From positions 1 through 64,000 of the IMG/VR virus record IMGVR_UViG_3300032050_000037: a stretch of 64,000 nt of DNA; one strand, written 5' to 3'. Within the stretch, counting starts at the first letter, position 1. Each line of letters opens with the position of its first letter. This DNA is from a virus. Position numbers and translations under genes: made by a program. The notes beneath the pieces were generated by a model. It was not told the origin of the DNA. It searched no databases and was given only the letters and a program-made list of their open reading frames with translations. Below are positions 26,708-38,500 of this stretch, in pieces.

Positions 26708-27757
26708 ATGAGCAATGAACTATTAGAAAAAGCAGTTGCTAGTGATACAACAGTAACTGGTACATTTGCTTCAACAACTGGTGGAGAAGGAATCCACACT
26801 GGGTCTGAAAATGGCAACGGTGGTCTTCTAAATCCAGAACAATCAGCACGTTTCCTCGACTATATGTTCGACGCAACCGTAATTGGTAAAGTCGCCCGTA
26901 CAGTTCGCATGAAGGCTGATACAACTGAAATTGATCGCATGGGCGTAGGCGAAAAGCTTATGAAACTTGCAACTGAGGCTGACAACACTGCAGAAAACGC
27001 AGCTGTTACATTCTCAAAGATTTCTCTTTCAACAAAGAAACTACGTCTAGATTGGGAACTTTCAACTGAGTCTCTAGAAGACAATATTGAAGGTCCAGAT
27101 CTAGAAGATCACATTGCCCGCTTGATGGCAACACAAGCAGGTAATGATATTGAAGATGTAATTCTTAACGGAAATACAGCTTTGTCATCTGATGCTCTAT
27201 ATAAGGCATTTGATGGTGTAGTAAAGATCGCAAAGGCAAACGGACACGTTGTAGATGCAGGCGGAGATACAATCTCTCGTGCAGTATTCAATGATGCTCT
27301 AAAGGCGCTTCCACGTAAGTATAAGCAACGCCGTACAGATCTTCGCTTCTTGTCAGGTTCAAACTTGATTCAAGATTATCTATACAATACTTCACAGAAT
27401 ATTCAAAATGTTAACCCACAAGATATTGCTTCTGGCATTATCCGTGGTGAGGTAGCTCCTGTATCTGGCCCAGCTGGATATGTAGCTCCATACGCATTTG
27501 GTATTCCAATTGTTGAAGTTCCATTACTACCAGAAACACAAACTGGTACATACTCAGGAACATCTGGTTCACACGGAGACGTCCACTTGACATTCCCAAA
27601 TAACGTAGTTATTGGTATCAAGCGTGATGTAACTGTTTACCGATTCTTCTGGCCACGTAAGGACTCCATTGAGTACACAATGTATACTCGTGTTGGTGTT
27701 CAAATCGAGCAAGCAGACGCTTGGGTAGTTGTAAAGAACGTTAAGGTTGCTTCTTAA
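26708..27757 (+). CDS. Major capsid protein (HK97 fold)
   Basis: Follows the protease; GGLLNPEQ, ELSTESLEDNIEG; high-expression codon bias; downstream terminator. Confidence 0.9.
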   Translation: MSNELLEKAVASDTTVTGTFASTTGGEGIHTGSENGNGGLLNPEQSARFLDYMFDATVIGKVARTVRMKADTTEIDRMGVGEKLMKLATEADNTAENAAVTFSKISLSTKKLRLDWELSTESLEDNIEGPDLEDHIARLMATQAGNDIEDVILNGNTALSSDALYKAFDGVVKIAKANGHVVDAGGDTISRAVFNDALKALPRKYKQRRTDLRFLSGSNLIQDYLYNTSQNIQNVNPQDIASGIIRGEVAPVSGPAGYVAPYAFGIPIVEVPLLPETQTGTYSGTSGSHGDVHLTFPNNVVIGIKRDVTVYRFFWPRKDSIEYTMYTRVGVQIEQADAWVVVKNVKVAS

Positions 27758-27773
27758 TTAAGAATTAACCAAT

Positions 27774-27806
27774 TGAAGGCCCCCAATTAATTTTGGGGGC
27801 TTTTCA
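27774..27806 (+). terminator. Intrinsic terminator after the major capsid gene
   Basis: GGCCCCCAA-ttaatt-TTGGGGGC followed by TTTTC. Confidence 0.8.
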
Positions 27807-27855
27807 TTTAAATTTAGTAATGCTATAATTAAATAACTTAGACTAAGGAGAATAT

Positions 27856-28251
27856 ATGTCATTTGAGACATTAAAATTAGCTGAAATTAAAAAAGTAGCC
27901 GAAGACTTTGGCGTAGATATAGAATCAATAAAAAGTAAAAATGATATTATCGCAGCTTTAGCTGAAGAGGGTGTCACATGGGCAATATATGAAAAAACAA
28001 TTAAAGATGTAGCACAAGCATCAGAAGAAATTGAAGTATTACCTAAATTTGATCCAAAGAAAAATCAAGATAAAGATTCAGTCTTGGTTAGAATGGAAAG
28101 AGCAAACTTTAGATACGATACTATGGGATATACTTTTACACAGGAACATCCATTTGTAGCAATGTCAGAAGATCAAGCTCAAGCAATTTTTGATAAGGAG
28201 GAAGGTTTTAGATTAGCCACACCAAAGGAAGCACAAGACTTCTATAACTAA
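27856..28251 (+). CDS. Hypothetical head-associated protein (HeH/Rho-N-like N-terminus)
   Basis: LKLAEIKKVAEDFGV...KNDIIAAL; position after the capsid gene. Confidence 0.55.
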   Translation: MSFETLKLAEIKKVAEDFGVDIESIKSKNDIIAALAEEGVTWAIYEKTIKDVAQASEEIEVLPKFDPKKNQDKDSVLVRMERANFRYDTMGYTFTQEHPFVAMSEDQAQAIFDKEEGFRLATPKEAQDFYN

Positions 28252-28265
28252 TTTAAGCCTTTAAA

Positions 28266-29261
28266 ATGGCAGAGATATATAAAGATACAGTTACTCCAGT
28301 AAAAACTAAAATATTTTGGAATAACGAAATAGTTAATGCTGATAACGACGAAGTTACAGCTGAAATTTATGACATAACAAATGATATTTCTATAGATCCG
28401 CCAATTGATCCAGAAGCCATAATTTCTACTATGGATGCAGATAAAGTAGAAAATGATAATGGAACATATCAAATATCATTATCAAGATATTACACAAATA
28501 GAAATAGAAAATTTAAAATTGTATGGCTTTATAATATTGGCGGATTAAATGGAGAGCATTCAACATATCTAGATGTAGTTACTCCATACTGTAGTTTTGC
28601 TGAAGTTATAGATGATTTAGAATTAGGAACAGATCCTTCTGATCCAAAATATAAAACTTATCACGAGTTGTCAATGGCAGAAAAATATGCTCGTAAAATT
28701 ATAGAAGATTATACTGGACAATCATTTTATTTATATAATGATGAAGAGATAATTTATGGTAATAATTCTGACGTATTGCCATTGCCATATAAAATAAATG
28801 AAATATATCAAATATATGCAGATGATATTCTTTTAGTAGATAATTTATCCACACCACCAGTTAATAATTGGGGGTATACTCCAGTAATTTCAGAAACTGG
28901 ATTTGGAATTAGATTAGATAGAACAGAACTTGTTGATAATACTGTATATGTGGCAAACGGAATGATTCCTCCATCAATTAATGATTTGTATACTGGACAA
29001 GCTTTTAGAAAAGGTGTCAGATATAGAGTTGTTGGAAAATATGGATGGGACACAGTACCAGATGAAGTTGAACAAGCAACAATTCAATTAATTGGACACT
29101 ATTTTGGAAAAGACAGAATGTGGGCAGATAGATATTTGAAGAGTGTTTCAACATTTGATTGGGACTTTGAGTATAATGATGCTGTATACAGTGGAACTGG
29201 ATGCGCTTATTCTGATAAATTATTATCTGCTTATGTTTTATCAAATATGGTGCTTATCTAA
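28266..29261 (+). CDS. Head-tail adaptor
   Basis: ARKIIEDYTGQSF and GKYGWDTVPDEVEQAT motifs; position. Confidence 0.7.
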   Translation: MAEIYKDTVTPVKTKIFWNNEIVNADNDEVTAEIYDITNDISIDPPIDPEAIISTMDADKVENDNGTYQISLSRYYTNRNRKFKIVWLYNIGGLNGEHSTYLDVVTPYCSFAEVIDDLELGTDPSDPKYKTYHELSMAEKYARKIIEDYTGQSFYLYNDEEIIYGNNSDVLPLPYKINEIYQIYADDILLVDNLSTPPVNNWGYTPVISETGFGIRLDRTELVDNTVYVANGMIPPSINDLYTGQAFRKGVRYRVVGKYGWDTVPDEVEQATIQLIGHYFGKDRMWADRYLKSVSTFDWDFEYNDAVYSGTGCAYSDKLLSAYVLSNMVLI

Positions 29262-29689
29262 TGTACGATCTCATGGAAGCTGTGCTATCCATGAAAATGG
29301 ATATATATAAACAATTTGATAAACAAAATGAAGATACTGGTGCAATAGTCAAAGAGTGGAATTATTATAAAACCATAAATTGTCATGCTAAAGGAGTTAT
29401 AACAAACTCTGCTACTACCAGATCTGGCGATAAGCAAATATTTAATAATAAATATACTAACGAACAAATAATTCAAGTAAGAACATCTGAAAAGCTTACT
29501 GCTAGAGAAAAAATTACTAATATTAGAGATGCAGATGAAAATATTATTTGGGTAGAAATAGATTATCCAACAGAGACGCCTACCGTATTCGAGGTAATGG
29601 GAACTACACCAGTAACCGATCCATTTGGATATGTCGTTGCATTTAACTCCACTTTAAAGAGATCGGAGAATCAACAAATTGGAATCTAA
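29261..29689 (+). CDS. Head-tail stopper (putative)
   Basis: Size and synteny. Confidence 0.5.
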   Translation: MYDLMEAVLSMKMDIYKQFDKQNEDTGAIVKEWNYYKTINCHAKGVITNSATTRSGDKQIFNNKYTNEQIIQVRTSEKLTAREKITNIRDADENIIWVEIDYPTETPTVFEVMGTTPVTDPFGYVVAFNSTLKRSENQQIGI

Positions 29690-30467
29690 CGTAATGCTAC
29701 TGCAGGCAGCATCTGGACTTGAGAGATTAATGTATAATAAAAATCCTAAAGGGGATATACAGGATAGCAATATTGCTCAAATCTCAGCAGCATTATATTA
29801 TCAAGCAAATGTAGTGGCTAAATTAAGCAATAGCAAAAAATTTAAATCAGCATTTAAAAAAATTATATTTACTCAAATAGATAAAGATTTTGGAGAATAT
29901 ATAGACTCTCAAGCAAGAGCAAAACCAAGATCCCTACATCATGTTTATGAATGGAAAAAATTTGGTAATAAAAATGCTAGATTATTTAAATTAACATTTA
30001 TGGATTCTGAAGGAATTTCATTTAAAATAGATTATCAATTTAAAGCATCCACATCCATGGTTCCAGCACCACAAGGTAGACGTAGACATGTATTTGCAAA
30101 TAAAGCATCTGTGATGGAAGCTGGAATGCCTCTTAAAATTGCTCCACGCCATTCTCAGAGGCTAGTATTTGAATCTAATGGTATTACAGTATACATGCCT
30201 AAAAACGCTTCTGTGACCGTTCAGAGGCCTGGAGGACCTGGTGTTAAAAATCAATTTAAATTACAATATTCTAGATTCTTTAGTAGTGAATTAGTAAATA
30301 ATTCTATTAAAAGATCTGGATTTAAAAATCTATTTAATTCAGAGTCAATGAAGGCTCTTAAAATACCAGCCTCTATTAAAAAAATTCAATATTCATTTTC
30401 TCCAAATACAATTAGGTCAATGGCGGACGCTGCAGTAGAATCATCATTTGGAGGAGTAGTATTATGA
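29679..30467 (+). CDS. Neck or tail-completion protein (putative)
   Basis: Basic protein in the neck position. Confidence 0.45.
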   Translation: MESNVMLLQAASGLERLMYNKNPKGDIQDSNIAQISAALYYQANVVAKLSNSKKFKSAFKKIIFTQIDKDFGEYIDSQARAKPRSLHHVYEWKKFGNKNARLFKLTFMDSEGISFKIDYQFKASTSMVPAPQGRRRHVFANKASVMEAGMPLKIAPRHSQRLVFESNGITVYMPKNASVTVQRPGGPGVKNQFKLQYSRFFSSELVNNSIKRSGFKNLFNSESMKALKIPASIKKIQYSFSPNTIRSMADAAVESSFGGVVL

Positions 30468-30976
30468 CAGTAAATTATAAATTAGATGCAATGCTAGAAA
30501 TTAGAAAGTTTTTATGGTCTGAACTAGTAGACGCTAATATATTTGATGAGGACGACTATTATAGCGATAATGTCGGAAGCACAATTGTTCCAATAATACC
30601 TGTTCAACAAGCAGCAGAAATGAATCAATTTTTGAGCGGAAAAAAGCATATCATTTACGATAAAATAGGAATGTCTTATGAAGACAACTGGCTGATATGT
30701 TGTGAGCAAATTTTATTTACCATATATTCAACAGACATATCTGAAATAAATGAAATTAGAAACTTCATGACAGATGTATTTAGAAGGATGGACGATTCGG
30801 CTAGAGATATCAATAGATCTGGGTCATTGAACGATAAATTTAAATTCCATAGTATATTTATAGCAGACATATCTCCGACAGAGCCTTCAGAGGAACTACA
30901 AGGATTTTTGTCTACCGATGTAATTATAGAGGCTAAATATTCAAGAATAACAGATTTAAACGGCAGATTCCAGTAG
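30464..30976 (+). CDS. Tail terminator (putative)
   Basis: Acidic 170-aa protein immediately before the major tail gene. Confidence 0.55.
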   Translation: MTVNYKLDAMLEIRKFLWSELVDANIFDEDDYYSDNVGSTIVPIIPVQQAAEMNQFLSGKKHIIYDKIGMSYEDNWLICCEQILFTIYSTDISEINEIRNFMTDVFRRMDDSARDINRSGSLNDKFKFHSIFIADISPTEPSEELQGFLSTDVIIEAKYSRITDLNGRFQ

Positions 30977-30977
30977 A

Positions 30978-31006
30978 TTGCTTTAGGTCTTAATATGCCG
31001 TATTAT
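30978..31006 (+). promoter_or_regulatory. Promoter of the major tail gene
   Basis: TTGCTT, 17-nt spacer, TATTAT. Confidence 0.55.
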
Positions 31007-31088
31007 AGGCTATGAGGAAAGAAGCCTAGCCAGCTTTGGTTTTTAAAATATATATATATAGTTTAAAACACAGGAGGTAACAAATACT

Positions 31089-31796
31089 ATGGCACAATCC
31101 GTAGGTAATGCTAAAAATATTCTCGTTGGTGCATCTCCGTTGTTCTTGTCAACAATTGACGTAAACGACTCAGATTACATCGCAAACGCAGAAGCAGGTG
31201 TAGCAATTGCTTCAAGTGCTGGAACAGTTGGTGTCCCAGCTTTTGCAACAGGCGTATCTTACACAGATACACTTAATGCAGTAGATCAGGAAGCAGGTAA
31301 GTTTGGATATCGTAACGTTGGTTTTACTAACAACGGTCTTCAAATTACTTATAATCCAACATACGATTCAGTAACTGTAGATCAGTTGCTTGATACAGCT
31401 AAGCTGTTCAAGTCTGCAATGGAAGTTATGATCGCAACAGAAATGTCAGAAGGTACTCTAGAAAACATCGTAGCAGTATTCGGACAACAGGCATCATCAA
31501 TTTCAACAACAGGAACTGGAACATCTAAGAAAGATACATTAGGTTTAGTTGCAGGTGCTCTTGGAGAATCTCCAACAGAGCGTCAACTTATTGCAGTAGG
31601 ATTAGCTCCAACCGCAAATTCAACTGCATCTGAGCGTGTATACTATGCACGTCGAGTTTTGTCTGTACAACAGTCACAATTCTCACTTGCACGTACAACT
31701 CCAACCACATTCCCAGTAACATTCCGTCTTCTTCCAGATGCTAACTACTCTGGCTCAGAATACGGCAAGATTATTGACCGTGTATTGGTAGCATAA
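31089..31796 (+). CDS. Major tail tube protein
   Basis: NILVGA, VGFTNNGLQITY and FPVTFRLLPD motifs; AGGAGGT RBS; downstream terminator. Confidence 0.85.
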   Translation: MAQSVGNAKNILVGASPLFLSTIDVNDSDYIANAEAGVAIASSAGTVGVPAFATGVSYTDTLNAVDQEAGKFGYRNVGFTNNGLQITYNPTYDSVTVDQLLDTAKLFKSAMEVMIATEMSEGTLENIVAVFGQQASSISTTGTGTSKKDTLGLVAGALGESPTERQLIAVGLAPTANSTASERVYYARRVLSVQQSQFSLARTTPTTFPVTFRLLPDANYSGSEYGKIIDRVLVA

Positions 31797-31815
31797 ATTT
31801 AATTAATTTAAATTG

Positions 31816-31847
31816 TAGAGGCCCCCATTAATTTGGGGGCTTTTCTA
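31816..31847 (+). terminator. Intrinsic terminator after the major tail gene
   Basis: GGCCCCCA-ttaatt-TGGGGGC followed by TTTTC; nearly identical to 27774-27806. Confidence 0.8.
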
Positions 31848-31904
31848 TTTGTAGTGATAATGCCATTATGTTATAATAATTAAGACAAATCCGAGGAGGA
31901 TAAA

Positions 31905-32243
31905 TTGGCTACAACAGTATACGATGTAGAAGAAATTGAACTACAAAATGGCTCTAAAATTAAGTTAAAGCCTTTAACAATTAAAGCCCTAAGAGAGTTC
32001 ATGCTTGAAATAAAGAAAACTGAAAACTCAAAAACAGAAGATGAAACATTAACAATTCTAACTACAGCATGTGGTATTGCAATTAAATCACAAGTACCAG
32101 AATTGGTAGCAGATAGAGATAAATTAGAAGATGCACTAGATATGCCAACCATTAATCGCATTCTAGAAGTATGTGGTGGAATTAAACTTGACGACCCAAA
32201 CCTTCTAGCGGCAGCGGTTCTGGCTGGGCAGAACTCGATTTAG
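31905..32243 (+). CDS. Tail assembly chaperone (gpG equivalent)
   Basis: Lies between the tail tube and tape measure genes; TTG start with GGAGG RBS. Confidence 0.8.
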   Translation: MATTVYDVEEIELQNGSKIKLKPLTIKALREFMLEIKKTENSKTEDETLTILTTACGIAIKSQVPELVADRDKLEDALDMPTINRILEVCGGIKLDDPNLLAAAVLAGQNSI

Positions 32244-32563
32244 CCGCATTATTAGGAGAGGTTTTTCTTTTAGGTAATTGGAAAAACTACGAAGAACTAG
32301 AAGAAAATCTTTCAATGCCAGAGTTAATACAAACATTTAAGGCAATGCAAAAAACTGAAGATGAAAAAAGAAGATTCTTAGCATCACTTCAAGGTGTTAA
32401 CTTAAATGAAGAAGAACAAACAGAAGGTCCTACATTTGATGATATACGAAGAAAGGCCCTAGGAATAAATGCAAAAGGAGATGATATAGTGTCACTTCAA
32501 GGTCAGTTTGCTTTAGAGGCTGGGTTCGGAATAGGAGCAGGTTTAGGATACTCTAAGGGGTAA
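31905..32563 (+). CDS. Tail assembly chaperone gpGT, made by a -1 frameshift at 32195-32201
   Basis: In-frame slippery heptamer C CCA AAC; the -1 frame is open from there through the 32315..32563 ORF. Confidence 0.75.
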
Positions 32564-32573
32564 ACTATAATAA

Positions 32574-35500
32574 ATGGCTGAAGAACAAATAGTAACACGA
32601 ATAGTCGCCACGTCCGACTTTTCAAATCTTATTGTAGATCTCAATAAGGTATCTTCAGCCTTAACAAATCTTCAAACAAAATTAAACGCAACAAATAAAA
32701 ACTTATCAGCACAAGTTGCTGTAATGAATCGTTCTTTTGCCGAGACACTTCGAAGCACTGGACAATTTTCTACACATTTTGTTAATTTAACATCTGATGT
32801 AGATAAGTTTGGCTCTCAATTAGATAAGGGCCAAATTAAATTAAGACAGTTTTTTCAAGTATATCAAAGTCATTTAAAAACTAACGGCGGACTAATCAGG
32901 CAATTAGCACAACAACAGGTGCAGCTACAGAACGCAGTACTCCAGCCATTAGGTAAAAATGCTGAAGGATTAATGCAATATAATGTGCATATTCCAACAG
33001 GACTTGATAAAGTAAAGAGTAAAACAGCATTAGCAAGACAAGAATTACAGATCATGAATCGTGTAGTTCAAGAAGGTGCTAATTCATTAATTAACTGGGG
33101 TAAAAATACACAGTGGGCAGGTCGTCAGTTAACAGTAGGCTTAACAATACCGTTAGCAGCATTTGGTAAAGCATCAGCAGATGCATTTAGAGCAGCAGAT
33201 CAAGAATTAACAAGATTAACTAAGGTATACGGCGGACTTGCTGCAACTTCAGCAGCAGAATTAGCAAAAGTAAGACAAGACGTAACAGCAACTGCAACTG
33301 AATTATCTAAAGCATATGGATCATCATTTAAAGAAACATTAGCTCTAGGTGCTGATATTGCTGCAACTGGTAAACAAGGAAATGAATTACTTGGATCTAT
33401 AAAAGAAACAACACGTCTTGCTGTACTTGGTGAAGTAGATCGTCAAGATGCAATGAAAGCAACTCTTGCAATTCAATCTGCATTTAAATCAAATACAGAT
33501 CAATTAGCAGAATCAATTAACTTTTTAAACGCAGTTGAAAACCAAACATCAACAACTCTTAATGACTTGGTAGAAGCAATTCCTAAAGCTGGTCCAATTA
33601 TTAAAGGACTTGGTGGAGACGTACAAGATCTTGCACTTTATCTTACAGCTATGCGTGAAGGTGGAATTAGCGCATCAGAAGGAGCTAACGCATTAAAGTC
33701 AGGCCTTGCTTCTTTAATTAATCCAACAAAAGTTGCAACAGAAATGTTTGCAGGATTTGGAATAGATTTAAAGGGTATAGTTCAAAAAAATGCAGGAGAC
33801 ACAACTAAAACTATATTGGCTTTACAGGCAGCATTAGATACATTAAATCCTTTACAAAAACAACAGGCTATTGAACAATTGTTTGGTAAATTCCAATTTT
33901 CAAGAATGAATGCTTTGTTTGAAAATCTTGGAAAACAAGGAAGTCAGACACTACAAGTAATGGATTTAATGAATGCAAGCGCTGCAGACCTGGCTAATAT
34001 TGCAGGTCGAGAATTAAGTATGGTTACAGAATCTGCTTCTGGTAAATACCGTAGAGCATTAGAAGGATTAAAAGCAGATCTAGCTGGCGTTGGCGAACAA
34101 TTTTTAACTATTAATACTCATTTAATTAATATGGTTGATGGAATTTTACAATTTGTTAATAAACTACCAGGACCAATTAAATCTATATTAAGTTTATTTG
34201 GCGGACTAACGGCTGTAGCTGGTCCACTTATTATGTTAACTGGTGTACTTGGAAACTTCTTTGGCTATATCATAAAAGGTGTATCACATTTTAGAGCACT
34301 ATTTAAAGGTGGAGAAGGATGGAGATTACTCACACCAGAAATATTAGCTGCTAATAAAGCAGGTGCACTTGCAGAAACAACATTCTATAGCGATGCAAAA
34401 GCTGCAGATATATTAAATCAAGCAATAACTAGACTATCTGCTTCATATACAAAACTTGCAGCGGATGCAAATAATGCAATTATAGCAACAAATCCAGGAG
34501 TATCAACAGTAGGCGGAACACCATTAGTATTAAGTAAACAAGAAAGAATTGCAAATCCAGCGCATCCTCTTATTGGTAAAATAGATGAAAGAGCTGCTGC
34601 TCATTCTAGGCCAAGAGGAAGAATGACAAAGTCTCAAAGAGACGCACAAACAATTCACTCTGTTACTCCTAATCCAATACTTGTTAATCAAAAAATAGGA
34701 CAGGCACCACAAATCTTTACATATCAAAATATGCCAGATATTCCTGGATTGACAACACAAGGTGGAGTATCAACAGGTATTGTTGCTGGAGAAGCAGCTA
34801 AGTGGCACTCATTAATGGCAGCTCTTTCTATGCAAACTAAGCAAGAAGTTGCAACATTAAAGAAAGAAATTTCAACAACAGGAACAGTAAGTCAAGAGTT
34901 TTTGACAAGCTATTCTACAATATTACCAGCAATGACTAGAGTAATAGATAATGCAGTACTTGAATCTCAAGCAATTGTAAGACAAACAATGGCTGGTAAA
35001 ATGCGTGTAGATCAAGCACAAGCAGAAATTATTCGTATCAATGCACAATTAGAACAAGCAATGATACAGACTACAACACAAACAGCACAGCAAATGGGTA
35101 GAACTGCAAACTTAACAGCAGTTCCATTACTAAATCAACCTATAGTTGATAAATCTGGTAAATCTAATTTAAGAGAATTGTTTAGATCAGGAAGACCAGT
35201 AAAACGAATGCTTGATGCAATTGCTAGAGCAACTGGTGTAAAGACTTGGGGTGGCGGATATTCTATAGAAACTACTAACCCAAAGAGAATGAATCGTGGA
35301 AGCATAGTTCCAGGAACAGGAAATACAGACAGCGTCCCAGCAGTTCTTACTCCTGGAGAGTTTGTTGTAAATAAAGAAGCTACTGCTGCTAACTTACCTT
35401 TATTGACTGCGATCAATGAGGGTTATGGAAAAGGCGGACCAAACTTTAATGATGGCGGACTATCTGATTTACAATCAGCACACTTAATGAGATCTTATCA

Positions 35501-38500
35501 ATTGTTAGAAGACCCAGCAATTCAAAAGGCATTAGTTGCAGCAGGACAAGATCCAAAGAGATTGACCAGCTTAACATTCCAAGGATTTGGTCAGGGAACA
35601 ACTGCAGCGATACCTAGAAATATAAATAATTTAATGGCTATGGCTTGGGATGGAAGTAGTGCAGAAAGATCAATCAGAATAGCAGAAAATATGAAGCTTC
35701 CAAGGCATTTACGTGGAGACATAATTCCACTTACAAATTCTGATGCACAAAGGGTGTCAAAATTCTATAAAGCAATAGGTATCCCTGCTGTTGCTTCTTT
35801 CTTTGACCGTAAAGATTATCAATCTGATTTAATAAAAAGAATTGCTGTTGCAAGCGCAAAAGCTAGAGGTGTTTCTTCAACAAAAGATTTTAATTTATTC
35901 TATCAAGAAGAATTAGCTAAAACCACAAAAGCATTTAATCAAGGAGCAACTCATCAAGCAATTACAAGAGGCTTAATTAATGAATTTATTGTTGATCCAA
36001 AAACTTCTGAATTCAGACCTGACGCATTAAAGAAAGCTTATGTAACAAATGTATCAAGACAAAGAGTAAGGGTTAGAACAGGACAATCTGTACCATACTC
36101 AATAAATAGAGGATCAGAAGAGTATTCAGCAAGACAAGCTGCAAGATATGGTGGAGGTAGATGGTCAAATCTATTACCTCTAACAACTAAATTATTTGGC
36201 GGAAGACTCAGAATGAATTCTGGAGGACTTGTTCCAGGATATCAAGACGGTGGACCAGTTAAACCTTCAATGCTTGGTGGTATTGGACAAAACTTAGGAT
36301 ATATGGGCGCCATGATGGGCGGAGCAACATTAGGTGGACAATTTGGTGGCACAATGGGATCAATTGCTGGTTCTATTCTTGCTCCTGCAGTATTCACATC
36401 ACTTACTCAAAAAATATCTGCAGTAAACAAACAAGGAATGGCCTCTGCAGGAATCTTTTCAAGATTAGGTCCAATAATATCAAATCCATATGTTATGGCT
36501 GGTGCGGCAGTAATTGGCGTAACCGCTGGATTAATGAAATTAAAATCAAGAGTAGAAGAATTTTCAAGAATAAATAGATTGGCATTTTCTGGCGGAGTAA
36601 AGCCAATTAAAGATTTTGATTCTGAATTAAAGCAGGTTATTAAAAATATTGAAGATACAAGAGCAACTGCAGAATTATTACATGCTCAAATGAATTCAGC
36701 TGGAATTTCTGGATTAACATTAACAATTAAACAATTTGCAGATTTAAGAGAAAAAGTTAAATCTACACATCCAGAACTTGTTAAGCTATTTAATCAAACA
36801 CCATCAGATAAATTAAGTCAAGTTGCTGAAGGATTAAAAGCTCAATTTGTTGCAGCAGGAGACTCAGCTGCAAAAGCAAATGCTAAAATTGCAGCATTGC
36901 TTGCAGAATCAGGTAAGGCTGGATTTATACAAGTAGTATTAGGCGGACAAGGTTTAGCTGGAATAACAGATGCAAAAACTGCTATAGATTCTATGCTCAA
37001 GTCTATGTCAAGGTTTAAAGACGCAAAAGATAGAGCAGCAGGAATGCTACAAATATTTACATCTATGGGAGACTATATTGGTAATGCTAAAGATAAATCA
37101 GCTGCATTAAAAGAACAATTCGATGCAATAGGAAAATCTAATCAGGCTAATGTTAAGTTAACAGAACAGCAAATAAATGAAATAGCTAAAACAAACCCTA
37201 TGCTTGCTGCAATATTAAGCACATCTGATGACATAGGAACAGCTTTGGCAAAATGGAGACTATCCCTTGCTGGAGTTCAAAGAGATTTAAATGGATTAAC
37301 AAATCAACAACTAAAAGATTTTGCAGCAGCATCAGAAGCAATAGGTGCTTATTATAATAAATTGCTTGATGTATCAAGTAAAGAAGCTCAAAGCAATATT
37401 ATGACTGGCAAACTTGCAAAAGATATTGATGCATTTAATAAAAAGCAACAATCTGCAGGTAAAATAACTGTACAAAATTTACAAGATCAAATTGATTTAA
37501 AAAATAAACAAATTGATCAAATTAAAAAAGAAGGCGAAGCAAGAAAGAAAGCCTTAAGAGACCAGCAACAAATTGAAGATGTTAAATTACAAATTCAACA
37601 AGAGCAATTAAATTATCAAATAGCTCTTGCTTCTGGAGACATGGCATCTGCTGCACAGGCTCAAATAAATATTCAAAGACTTGTAGGACAGCAACAATTA
37701 AAGGCAGCCGAAGATGCTATAGATGCAGCAGTACAGGCAAAGATAGATGCATTACAAGCTCAAATAGATGTATTAAATAAAAAATCAACAGCAGCATCAA
37801 ATGCTGCTGCAAATAATAAACCAAAAGAATCTCCATATGCTTCTACATATCAACAAATTCAGGGAGTATACAAAGAATTCTCATTAGGTAATATAGATGA
37901 AAAAGAAGCCATGAAGAGGCTTAATGATTTAATTAGACAGTTAGAGCAAACTCCAGGCGGAAAGAAGTACTTAGCAGATCTAGGTGTAACAGGATCAGCA
38001 GGAAACTTAGTTCGTGAAGATAGAGAAACTAGAAGAACAGATATTGATCCTAATACAACACAAGGCGCTGCTTTATTAAAAGCACTACAAAAAGGATCAG
38101 ATAACCTTGTTGTAAATGCAATTGGAAAATCAAATCAATATCTAAAAGATATTTTAGCTGCAATTAAAAATGAAGGAGTTAATCTAGATGCAGGAAAAAC
38201 AGCATCAGATAAATCATATGATTCTGTATCTGGAAAGACTGCAGCTGGTGGATTAAATACTACTGGTACAGCTAAGGTTTATGATGCTAAAACATTAAAT
38301 GCAGCAGCAGGAAAAGCATTTAATGATAGAAATTCAGCATCAGCAGCAGGCGTTGGTAAGTCATATAGGCTATTTAGTTTTGGCGGTAAAACCTATGCAG
38401 TAAGCACTGTTGACGGATTAATATATGAATTTGATACAAATAAAAATACAACTTCTAAGAGCAATGTTGGCGTAGCCACACTTGCATTAGGCGGAATGGT

